In this document: piece after piece, positions 8,980 through 16,443 of the stretch | Layout: the number at the start of each line of letters is the position of its first letter | Position numbering within the stretch: the stretch's first letter is position 1 | IMG/VR virus record: IMGVR_UViG_2880361019_000008 | Origin: a virus | Lineage: Duplodnaviria > Heunggongvirae > Uroviricota > Caudoviricetes | Reading direction: 5' to 3' (one strand) | DNA: 55,074 nucleotides | The notes under the pieces: model-generated | Told to the model about the DNA's origin: nothing | What the model saw: only the letters and a program-made list of their open reading frames with translations | Databases searched by the model: none | Program-made: the position numbers and the translations under genes

Positions 8980-9750
8980 ATGGAAACTGTATTGCATGCA
9001 CTGAAAGCGATGGGAAAAGCCAATTCTGTTGAACTGGCGGCGCGGCTTGATATCAGCCGTGAAGAAGTTCTTAACGAACTGTGGGAACTCAAAAAAAATG
9101 GCGTTGTTGATAAAACGGGTCACACCTGGTTTCTGGCTGTCGAAGGTGAAGCCGGGGTAACCGAAGGGCAGGCACTACAACCTGAAGCGCCGGATGTGGT
9201 AACCGAAGAGGTCGCTCCAAAAGTTACCGCAGACATGATGGTTGAGTTTATCGGTCAAGATGGTGCTAAAACGTGTGAGGAACTGGCGGGTAAGTTCGGC
9301 GTCAGTACTCGCAAGGTTGCTTCCACGCTGGCGGTGGTAACCGCAACGGGGCGGCTGGCACGCGTTAATCAGAACGGTAAATTTCGTTACTGCATGTCGG
9401 GGGGTAATTTACCAGCAGATCCGAAAGCCGCGCCGGTAACGAAAAATGATGGTAAGGCCTTTCCTCAGCCAGCAGGTGCTGCGTTACCAGTCCGGGAAGC
9501 CGCAACACAGGAAGAAATTAAAACAGAAACTGTGGCGGACATTGTGCAGCCGTTGCCATCGTTTACCGAAACGCAAGCAGATGAGCTGATTTTTCCGTCC
9601 CTGCGCAGGGCAAACCTGGCGCTGCGCAGGGCGAAAAGTGATGTTCAGAAGTGGGAGCGAGTCTGCGCCGCGCTGCGGGAGCTGAACAAGCACCGGGATA
9701 TTGTTCGACAGATTACTGATTCTTCCCGCCGTGTTGTATCGGAAAAGTGA
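8980..9750 (+). CDS. Hypothetical protein with two winged-helix-like regions (DUF1627-like)
   Basis: 256-aa ORF with SD GAGG; common hypothetical protein downstream of replication genes. Confidence 0.55.
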   Translation: METVLHALKAMGKANSVELAARLDISREEVLNELWELKKNGVVDKTGHTWFLAVEGEAGVTEGQALQPEAPDVVTEEVAPKVTADMMVEFIGQDGAKTCEELAGKFGVSTRKVASTLAVVTATGRLARVNQNGKFRYCMSGGNLPADPKAAPVTKNDGKAFPQPAGAALPVREAATQEEIKTETVADIVQPLPSFTETQADELIFPSLRRANLALRRAKSDVQKWERVCAALRELNKHRDIVRQITDSSRRVVSEK

Positions 9751-9765
9751 TTGCCGGAGGCGCTT

Positions 9766-10161
9766 ATGGCGAAACCTTTTACACACGAACAGCGTGAAGA
9801 ACTGAAGGCCCGAATTATCGGGCTGGTACGCAAAAATGAACGCATGACGATATCACAACTGGAGAGAGCGACGGGAGCAGGCTGGCATTCAGTCAGACGT
9901 TGCCTTGTGGATGTACTGGCTTGTGGCGATTTATACATGCCCGGTAAATACGGTGTTTTTACATCAGAACAGGTGTATCGCGTATGGCGTAAGGCAGCGG
10001 AGAAAACAACCGACCAGACATTGATTCGAAAGTTACCAGACGGAGAAATACGCCGCTACGACAGACAACAGAACATAATCTGTGGCGAGTGCCGGAAGAG
10101 TGAAGTTATGCTGCGTGTACTGGCGTTCTATCAGGGCAATTTTCAGGAGGCGGTACTGTGA
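9766..10161 (+). CDS. Hypothetical protein (HTH-like N-terminus, CxxC motif)
   Basis: ATG at 9766 preceded by GGAGG; 131 aa. Confidence 0.5.
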   Translation: MAKPFTHEQREELKARIIGLVRKNERMTISQLERATGAGWHSVRRCLVDVLACGDLYMPGKYGVFTSEQVYRVWRKAAEKTTDQTLIRKLPDGEIRRYDRQQNIICGECRKSEVMLRVLAFYQGNFQEAVL

Positions 10162-10217
10162 GTGAATTAGCTATCAGGCTTCAATTGTCGCTGGCATTCG
10201 CATCAAAGGAGAATGAG

Positions 10218-10802
10218 ATGACCACTTTTACAAAAGAGCAGTTAATCAGTCATGTTAGTGAAAATGTAAAGGCGATGAAATTTGCAGTAAAACAGACAGC
10301 ATTCAAAAATTCTCTCGAGGCAATTGAGTTGGATTTAGCACTGGCCCTTGTTGCTCAGGCTTCGCTGGAAGCAGAGCCCGTGCTTTATATGAATCGATTT
10401 ACTGGAAAGACATTCTCACTGGAAGAGCAACCCGGTGCTGATAAGGAACCGGAAATATACGTGCCGCTATATGCTGCCCCGCCAGACAGCGCCGCCATGC
10501 TTCAGGCTGGAAACTTTCGGGAAAAGAAGGGTTCGTCAACCAATAATTTTCGGGAAATCTCGGAAACGTCAACCAACTATCCGGTAACTCTGGATGGTTG
10601 GATAAGCTGTAGTGAGCGAATGCCGGATGACGGTCAGCACGTAATTATTTTATGTGATGGCGCATTCGTTCTTTATGCGCAATATCGAGACGGTGAGTTT
10701 TTTGATGTAGTCCGTGATGGTGATGAATTTTTCGAAACACAGAGCCGCAATGTAACCGACTGGATGCCGCTACCAGAACCGCCGCAGGAGGTGCGCCAAT
10801 GA
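10218..10802 (+). CDS. Hypothetical phage protein with C-terminal DUF551-like region
   Basis: ATG 10218 preceded by AAGGAG; C-terminal ...DGWISCSERMPDDGQHVIILCDG...VTDWMPLPEPP. Confidence 0.5.
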   Translation: MTTFTKEQLISHVSENVKAMKFAVKQTAFKNSLEAIELDLALALVAQASLEAEPVLYMNRFTGKTFSLEEQPGADKEPEIYVPLYAAPPDSAAMLQAGNFREKKGSSTNNFREISETSTNYPVTLDGWISCSERMPDDGQHVIILCDGAFVLYAQYRDGEFFDVVRDGDEFFETQSRNVTDWMPLPEPPQEVRQ

Positions 10803-10917
10803 TCTGGCCTGAAGCCTTTGCAATTACAGGCGTTGCTATAGCTATTGATTTTTTAGTATATGTTATTTGTCGGTGGGGGTAAAAACGTTCGCCGGGATTC
10901 ACACCAAAGGAGGGAAT

Positions 10918-11022
10918 ATGTCGGATGATATTTCACTGGCAATGGAAGGTGCGCTGGCTGTTATTGCTGTTGTGGGCGTTTACTGCCTGGTTGTGTTTTT
11001 GATGGATCGACTAGGGAACTGA
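10918..11022 (+). CDS. Candidate 34-aa single-pass membrane peptide
   Basis: ATG preceded by strong SD AAGGAGGG; MSDDISLAMEGALAVIAVVGVYCLVVFLMDRLGN; no homologue recognised. Confidence 0.3.
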   Translation: MSDDISLAMEGALAVIAVVGVYCLVVFLMDRLGN

Positions 11023-11210
11023 ATTCATTACGATATGGGAATTCCCATATCGGGTAAAAACGGTTTGCGGTAAAGCGAGAGTTAAGTAGAATTGCTGCGG
11101 GTGCTTGAGGCTGTCTGCCTCGGGCATGACACCGTAAGGCAGACAGAGAAAAGCCCCAGTTAACATTACGCGTCCTGCAAGACGCCTAACATTAATCTGA
11201 GGCCAATTTC

Positions 11211-11423
11211 ATGCTAGACACATGTAGGTTAGCCTCTTACGCGCCGAAAGGCAAGGAGAAGCAGGCTATGAAGCAGCAAAAGGCGATGTTAATCGCCCTG
11301 ATCGTCATCTGTATTACCGTCATAGTGACGGCACTGGTAACGAGGAAAGACCTCTGCGAGGTACGAATCCGAACCGGCCAGACGGAGGTCGTTGTCTTCA
11401 CAGCTTACGAACCTGAGGAGTAA
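11211..11423 (+). CDS. mok: Mok-like overlapping reading frame (in-frame N-terminal extension of hok)
   Basis: 70-aa ORF sharing frame and stop with the hok-like gene, as in chromosomal mok/hok loci. Confidence 0.45.
   Translation: MLDTCRLASYAPKGKEKQAMKQQKAMLIALIVICITVIVTALVTRKDLCEVRIRTGQTEVVVFTAYEPEE
11268..11423 (+). CDS. hok: Hok/Gef-family type I toxin
   Basis: 51-aa MKQQKAMLIALIVICITVIVTALVTRKDLCEVRIRTGQTEVVVFTAYEPEE resembles Hok; SD AGGAG 9 nt upstream. Confidence 0.8.
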   Translation: MKQQKAMLIALIVICITVIVTALVTRKDLCEVRIRTGQTEVVVFTAYEPEE

Positions 11424-11509
11424 GAGACCCGGCGAGGGAGAAATCCCTCGCCACCTCTGATGAATCAGGCATCCTCAACGCACCCGCACTTAACCCGCTT
11501 CGGCGGGTT

Positions 11510-11869
11510 TTGTTTTTTCCTGGCATTCTGGTTTACAATTCGCACGCCAGCCTGAACAACTGGCACCTGCTGCGCCAGCAGAGACAACCGATGGCGCACG
11601 ATACCAAATTATACAATTCTGATGATTCTGCCGTCTTTGCCAGCAGGCGCGGACGGTGTTTTCACGCATTCAAATCTGACTGGTACCAGCATCCCCCATG
11701 CACTGAAGAACAGGCCGAATGGCTCATTCAGTGTTACCGCAGGCGCGGATGCGAGGTTAAAAAAGCCCTTAGCCTCGACTACCGTCACTGGATAATCTCC
11801 GTCAGGCTCCCTTACTCCGAACGGCCACCGCGTCCGTCCCGCACATTCCAGCAACGGATCTGGAGGTAA
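11510..11869 (+). CDS. Hypothetical protein (possible shorter start at 11591)
   Basis: ORF between hok and the ydfU-like genes; no recognised motif. Confidence 0.3.
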   Translation: MFFPGILVYNSHASLNNWHLLRQQRQPMAHDTKLYNSDDSAVFASRRGRCFHAFKSDWYQHPPCTEEQAEWLIQCYRRRGCEVKKALSLDYRHWIISVRLPYSERPPRPSRTFQQRIWR

Positions 11870-11870
11870 T

Positions 11871-12311
11871 GTGCGGGTATTACTTCGACCTGTTCTGGTA
11901 CCGGAACTCGGTCTGGTTATCGTTAAGCCAGGCCGTGAATCAATGTCAGCATTCCATAACGGCAGAATACTGGTGGAGCCGGAACCAAAAAGCATGCGAG
12001 CTCTGCCGTCCGGGGTTGTACCTGCCGTTCACCAGCCGCTGGCGGAAGATAAATCACTACTGCCATTTTTCAGCGATGAGCGGGTGATCCGTGCTGCGGG
12101 TGGCGCTGGTGCACTGTCTGACTGGTTATTACGTCACGTGAAATCCTGCCAGTGGCTACACGGTGATTATCATCACAGCGAAACCGTCATTCACCGTTAC
12201 GGTACCGGCGCGATGGTGTTGTGCTGGCACTGCGACAACCAGCTGCGGGAGCAGACATCTGATTCACTGGATCAACTTGCTCAACAGAATCTGGCCGCCT
12301 TGGATGATTGA
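11871..12311 (+). CDS. YdfU/DUF968-like protein, N-terminal part
   Basis: GTG start immediately after preceding stop; CWHCDNQ motif; ends in ATGATTGA overlap with next ORF. Confidence 0.45.
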   Translation: MRVLLRPVLVPELGLVIVKPGRESMSAFHNGRILVEPEPKSMRALPSGVVPAVHQPLAEDKSLLPFFSDERVIRAAGGAGALSDWLLRHVKSCQWLHGDYHHSETVIHRYGTGAMVLCWHCDNQLREQTSDSLDQLAQQNLAALDD

Positions 12312-12921
12312 CATCATCCGTCACGCAATGAATGGCGCACAGGAGCGTGAATTATCTCTGGCTGAATTATCCTGGTGGGCGGTCCGCAATCAGGTGGCGG
12401 ACGCGCTACCGGAAGCGGTATTACGTCGTTCGCTGGGGTTGCGTGCGGAAAAAATCCGCTCAATGTACCGTGAAAGCGACATCGTGCCGGGAGAGCAGAC
12501 CGCCACCAGCATACTGAAGCAGCGCACAAAAAATATTGCGCTACCGCCTCACACCCACCAGCAACAGAACCCACCACAGGAAAAGACGGTGGTCAGCATT
12601 GCCGTTGATCCGGAGTCTCCGGAATCCTTCATGAAACGACCTAAACGTCGCCGCTGGGTAAATGAGAAATACACACGCTGGGTAAAGACACAGCCGTGTG
12701 CGTGTTGTGGTAAGCCAGCCGACGATCCCCATCACCTGATTGGTCATGGTCAGGGCAGAATGGGAACAAAATCCCACGATATTTTCACACTACCGCTGTG
12801 TCGGGAGCATCACAACGAGCTTCATGCGGATCCGCTGGCGTTCGAAGAAAAGCATGGTTCCCAGGTTGATTTAATTTTTCGTTTTCTTGATCACGCCTTT
12901 GCAACCGGCGTGCTCGGGTAA
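12304..12921 (+). CDS. YdfU/DUF968-like protein, C-terminal part with His-Me finger (HNH-like) motif
   Basis: CACCGKPADDPHHLIGHG....PLCREHHNELH motif; ATG 12304 overlaps upstream stop. Confidence 0.5.
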   Translation: MIDIIRHAMNGAQERELSLAELSWWAVRNQVADALPEAVLRRSLGLRAEKIRSMYRESDIVPGEQTATSILKQRTKNIALPPHTHQQQNPPQEKTVVSIAVDPESPESFMKRPKRRRWVNEKYTRWVKTQPCACCGKPADDPHHLIGHGQGRMGTKSHDIFTLPLCREHHNELHADPLAFEEKHGSQVDLIFRFLDHAFATGVLG

Positions 12922-12933
12922 AAGAGGTTACTG

Positions 12934-13305
12934 ATGCGTATAGAGTTTGTTTTGCCTTATCCGCCGACGGTGAATACTTACTGGCGACGTCGTGGCAGCA
13001 CATATTTTGTATCAAAAGTCGGTGAGTGTTATCGCCGTGATGTGGCGCTTATTGTTCGCCAGCAGCGGCTGAAATTAAGCCTGTCCGGAAGGCTGGCGAT
13101 AAAAATTATTGCAGAGCCACCGGATAAGCGGCGTCGTGACCTGGACAATATCCTGAAGGCACCACTGGATGCGCTGACGCATGCCGGACTACTCATAGAC
13201 GACGAGCAGTTTGATGAAATCAATATTGTGCGCGGTCAGCTCGTTCCTGGTGGGCGGCTGGGCGTGAAGATTTACGAAATCACAGGTGATAACGATGGCG
13301 CGTGA
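12934..13305 (+). CDS. rusA: Holliday junction resolvase RusA
   Basis: 123-aa ORF with RusA-like motifs (Dx[13 protein letters not shown]). Confidence 0.85.
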   Translation: MRIEFVLPYPPTVNTYWRRRGSTYFVSKVGECYRRDVALIVRQQRLKLSLSGRLAIKIIAEPPDKRRRDLDNILKAPLDALTHAGLLIDDEQFDEINIVRGQLVPGGRLGVKIYEITGDNDGA

Positions 13306-13681
13306 TATTCAGCAGGTTATGGAACGGTGGGGGGCTTGGGCTGCAAACACTCATGAAGATGTATCCTGGGCGTCGATCGCTGCTGGTTTTAAAGGGTTAA
13401 TTCCGTCGAAAGTGAAATCACGTCCTCAGTGTTCTGATGATGATGCAATGATAATTTGTGGCTGTATGGCCCGGTTAAACAAGAAAAATCAGGATTTGCA
13501 CGATTTGCTGGTGGATTATTACGTATATGGAATGACTTTTATGAGTCTGGCACGGAAACTTGGATGTTCGGATACCTGTGTTGGTAAGCGCCTGCAGAAG
13601 GCGGAAGGGGTTATCGATGGCATGTTGATGATGCTTGATATCCGGCTGGAGATGGACAGATATGTAGAACGAATTATGTAG
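13286..13681 (+). CDS. Late-gene antiterminator Q
   Basis: 131-aa ORF downstream of rusA, followed by promoter-like and terminator elements; alternative start at 13295. Confidence 0.7.
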   Translation: MITMARDIQQVMERWGAWAANTHEDVSWASIAAGFKGLIPSKVKSRPQCSDDDAMIICGCMARLNKKNQDLHDLLVDYYVYGMTFMSLARKLGCSDTCVGKRLQKAEGVIDGMLMMLDIRLEMDRYVERIM

Positions 13682-13685
13682 GTGC

Positions 13686-13715
13686 TTGACCATATACATT
13701 GTCCGGGGCTATATT
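13686..13715 (+). promoter_or_regulatory. Candidate late promoter (PR' analogue): TTGACC-N18-TATATT
   Basis: -35 and -10 hexamers immediately after Q stop. Confidence 0.35.
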
Positions 13716-13777
13716 CCTCGCGCGTCAGCAAAATCTGGCGTCGGGATTGGAACCCCGGATATTCAACCGCGACAGAC

Positions 13778-13801
13778 ACACGCCGCGAGCGTGTTTTTTA
13801 T
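13778..13801 (+). terminator. Intrinsic terminator (tR' analogue)
   Basis: Hairpin ACACGC-CGCGA-GCGTGT followed by TTTTTT. Confidence 0.55.
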
Positions 13802-13963
13802 TGTCGTAAGCACACGCACATCTGAATAATGGTGGGGCGTATGGGGGAGCTGAAAGGCTCGCCGGTTGGTTGATCCGGTAGTTCCAACCCTGTACGTCTC
13901 ACCACCCAATGATTGGAACCTGACGGTGGTGATAGTTAAATCCATCAACCAGAGGGCGTTATC

Positions 13964-14524
13964 ATGACGACTCAAGTTTCTGTCGAAACTCTTTCCCCGA
14001 TCACACACAACCAGCTCCCAGTTGTCACTACAGAGTTACTGGCCAAACTATATGGCTGTAGCGTCGAGTGTATTCATAGAAATCACCACCGTAATAAAGA
14101 GCGATTTGCAGAAGGGAAGCACTACATAATTGCGAAAGGCGCAGACCTCCAAAATTTGAAAATCTCTTTAAGGGATTTTCAAACGATCGCCCCAAATGTC
14201 CGAAAGCTCATACTCTGGACAGAACGCGGAGCAGCCCGTCACGCCAAAATGCTCGAAACCGATCAGGCGTGGGAAGTATTCGAAAAACTGGAAGACTGTT
14301 ATTTCAACCAAAAACAACCACCAGCGGCACAAAACACATCTATCGAAAATGATGGATGCGCATTACTGATCCACTTCGATAAACACGGTCAGGTTGAGTT
14401 CACGGAAAAGGTACCCGCCGATGCGATGGTATGCACTCTGGAACGGTTTAAATTTTATCTGGAGCAACACGGGTGGATCGTTGCCCGTAAAGAGCAACTG
14501 GTGGAGCGGTTGATGCGGTTTTAA
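13964..14524 (+). CDS. ORF6N/KilA-N-type DNA-binding protein (antirepressor-like)
   Basis: 186-aa ORF in the late leader; no stronger identification possible. Confidence 0.6.
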   Translation: MTTQVSVETLSPITHNQLPVVTTELLAKLYGCSVECIHRNHHRNKERFAEGKHYIIAKGADLQNLKISLRDFQTIAPNVRKLILWTERGAARHAKMLETDQAWEVFEKLEDCYFNQKQPPAAQNTSIENDGCALLIHFDKHGQVEFTEKVPADAMVCTLERFKFYLEQHGWIVARKEQLVERLMRF

Positions 14525-14600
14525 AAATTTTTCCGAAAACTTTACGATCGTAAAAAGTCGAATATCCTGTTAAGAGTGGTTACTACGCCACACAGCTTAA

Positions 14601-14624
14601 ACCCGTCGCCAGGCGGGTTTTTTG
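14601..14624 (+). terminator. Intrinsic terminator
   Basis: ACCCG..CGGGT hairpin containing CGCCAGGCGG core, then T6. Confidence 0.45.
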
Positions 14625-15292
14625 TTATGTGCAGGCCACCCCGGGTGGGTGAAATGTTATTTTCTTCCGTAAGGGCATATCGCCAGGATACAGCGATCAT
14701 TGGTGCATCGGTTTTTGGGCTGCTCCGACTCTGCAGGGCAGCCTTTGTTGTTTTTGATTAAACTCCAGAGTTTTTTATTGAAGGGCGTCACGTTGTAGAT
14801 GGTTATGGGGTACTTTTTATTGTCAAGTATGATGCCGGCGTGAACAGGGGTAAAGGAGCTGTCCGGAGGAAGAAACACATCCGACTGATACCAGATTATT
14901 AACTTTATTTCACACCATATGGCTGAAAATGATATTCCGCTCGATGGCTGTATCACCGTGTCAATCACTATCCAGTTCATGTGTTGTGTCTTTCATTGGA
15001 GGAGGAGCGGAGTGTCAGAAGTATAAGTGGTAATCTGTGATCCATGGCACAGAATGGGCCTTTTTTCTGCGTTGTTTGGCGGTTGTTGAAGGAAAGGGAA
15101 AAGGCATCCAGGAGTAAAATGCTCACTCTGAGGGGCTTACCACAGGAGTTGGTAGCTTGCTGGTGGTTTGTTTGATAACAAAATCTTAAATATTCGCCAG
15201 CTTATTGTTAGCATCCTTAATATTGTGTATTTTCAACAGCGCAGGATGACCCTGTGACGAAGCATTCGTTTGTTCCATCATGAAAGTATTTT

Positions 15293-15322
15293 GCCAGCCT
15301 CCCCAAGTGGCTGGCTTTTTTT
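15293..15322 (+). terminator. Intrinsic terminator
   Basis: GCCAGCC-N9-GGCTGGC hairpin followed by T7. Confidence 0.6.
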
Positions 15323-15331
15323 ATGCCATTA

Positions 15332-15357
15332 ACCGGCCACGCCAGGCGGTTTTTTTA
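15332..15357 (+). terminator. Intrinsic terminator (second of tandem pair; same CGCCAGGCGG core as 14601)
   Basis: GC-rich hairpin followed by T7. Confidence 0.45.
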
Positions 15358-15532
15358 TTGGAGATGAATAACCGTATACTGGATGAACAGTCGACAGATT
15401 TTTTAATAATAAAATCCGAATATACGGTGTCTGCTTATTGTTAGCTGGCTTATATTTTTGTATTTTACTGAACCGCAGGATAAAGCCTGTACCAACGATT
15501 GTATGATGAGTAATTTTAAACCTTGTAATTTA

Positions 15533-15565
15533 CCAGTCAGCATCTGGTGACTGGTTTCTTTTTGG
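15533..15565 (+). terminator. Intrinsic terminator
   Basis: CCAGTCA-N8-TGACTGG hairpin followed by T-rich tract. Confidence 0.6.
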
Positions 15566-15620
15566 GGACTGATTACTCGGTCAGTACGGTCAGTCAGGCA
15601 GAATCCGGACGAATATAAAA

Positions 15621-15699
15621 CCGTCACTAGCTCATCGGGAAAGAGCGAACAACGCCAGAGGTTGTTGTATGGTGCGGGGTTCGAGTCCCCGGTGACGGT
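15621..15699 (+). tRNA. tRNA-like element, probably degenerate (perfect acceptor and T arms, good D arm, irregular anticodon arm; no encoded CCA)
   Basis: 7-bp acceptor stem CCGTCAC/GTGACGG, T arm CGGGG-TTCGAGT-CCCCG, D stem GCTC/GAGC; anticodon region does not fit the canonical 5-bp stem plus 7-nt loop. Confidence 0.4.
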
Positions 15700-15729
15700 C
15701 CGGTTGCAATAATAAATTCATTTCAGACG

Positions 15730-15753
15730 GGCTCGCTACGGCGGGCCTTTTTT
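15730..15753 (+). terminator. Intrinsic terminator just downstream of the tRNA-like element
   Basis: 7-bp stem GGCTCGC/GCGGGCC with TACG tetraloop, then T6. Confidence 0.6.
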
Positions 15754-15961
15754 GTATCCGTGCCAGGCCCGCTGCACATCAACCACAGTGCCTTTTTAAA
15801 ATTGATCGCAGTGTGGCGTTATATGAAATCGAAGAAGTAAAACACGATTCGTGTGAAGCGGAAGATGTGCTGGATGTGGCGGTGGCTATTGCGGAAGCAG
15901 ATGGTGAAATTGAGCCGGAAGAGATCGCCGTTGTTCCGGGCCTTCGTCTGGAGAACCTCCT

Positions 15962-16129
15962 GTGAAGGTAAAACTGCGTCTGGCTGTGGTTGCACTACTG
16001 TTGTTTCTGGTGGTGATGGTGGATTTCACCAGCAGAATCATGTCGGTGCTGGCGGATGGGGTGCTGGTCTGCGGCATTGTGGTATTGCTGTGGCCGGTGA
16101 TAAAAAGAAACAGCCTGCATAATGCTTGA
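15962..16129 (+). CDS. Candidate 55-aa hydrophobic membrane peptide
   Basis: GTG start overlapping the stop of an upstream acidic reading frame (15813..15965); predicted double-TM; SD GGAG about 10 nt upstream. Confidence 0.25.
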   Translation: MKVKLRLAVVALLLFLVVMVDFTSRIMSVLADGVLVCGIVVLLWPVIKRNSLHNA

Positions 16130-16330
16130 TTTTTTTATTTGCTGTTTATTAAAAACACCACTGCATGGTGAATCCCCCTGTGCGGTGGGGCAATCAGCAA
16201 GAAGGAATATGGGGTAACCGCGGATTCAGGTGCTGATACTGAATTCACCGGGAGGCACCCGGCACCATGCTTTGCCACAAAAGTGTTATTTCTGTTTTTC
16301 TCAAACTATCATCGTTATCCCTTTATTTTC

Positions 16331-16357
16331 GGCTGCGCATGGCGCGGCCTTTTTTTT
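16331..16357 (+). terminator. Intrinsic terminator upstream of nanS-p
   Basis: 8-bp GC-rich stem with 3-nt loop followed by T8. Confidence 0.55.
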
Positions 16358-16443
16358 ACGACCAGCCACTGGCAGATGGTCATCCTGTGATTTGATTCCG
16401 GTTCCGGCTTTTTAACTCTGTTCCTCTACACGGGAGAAATTCG

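Noticed and set aside
15403-15627. 74-aa minus-strand ORF
   Set aside because: Overlaps a terminator hairpin and the tRNA-like element; no SD; probably spurious
15853-16122. 89-aa plus-strand ORF from the track (Trp/Arg-rich)
   Set aside because: Composition is not protein-like; the two other frames over the same DNA give more plausible small reading frames
13682-16443. Shiga toxin genes stxA/stxB in the Q-to-nanS-p interval
   Set aside because: No ORF with the StxA or StxB signal peptide, size or motifs is present
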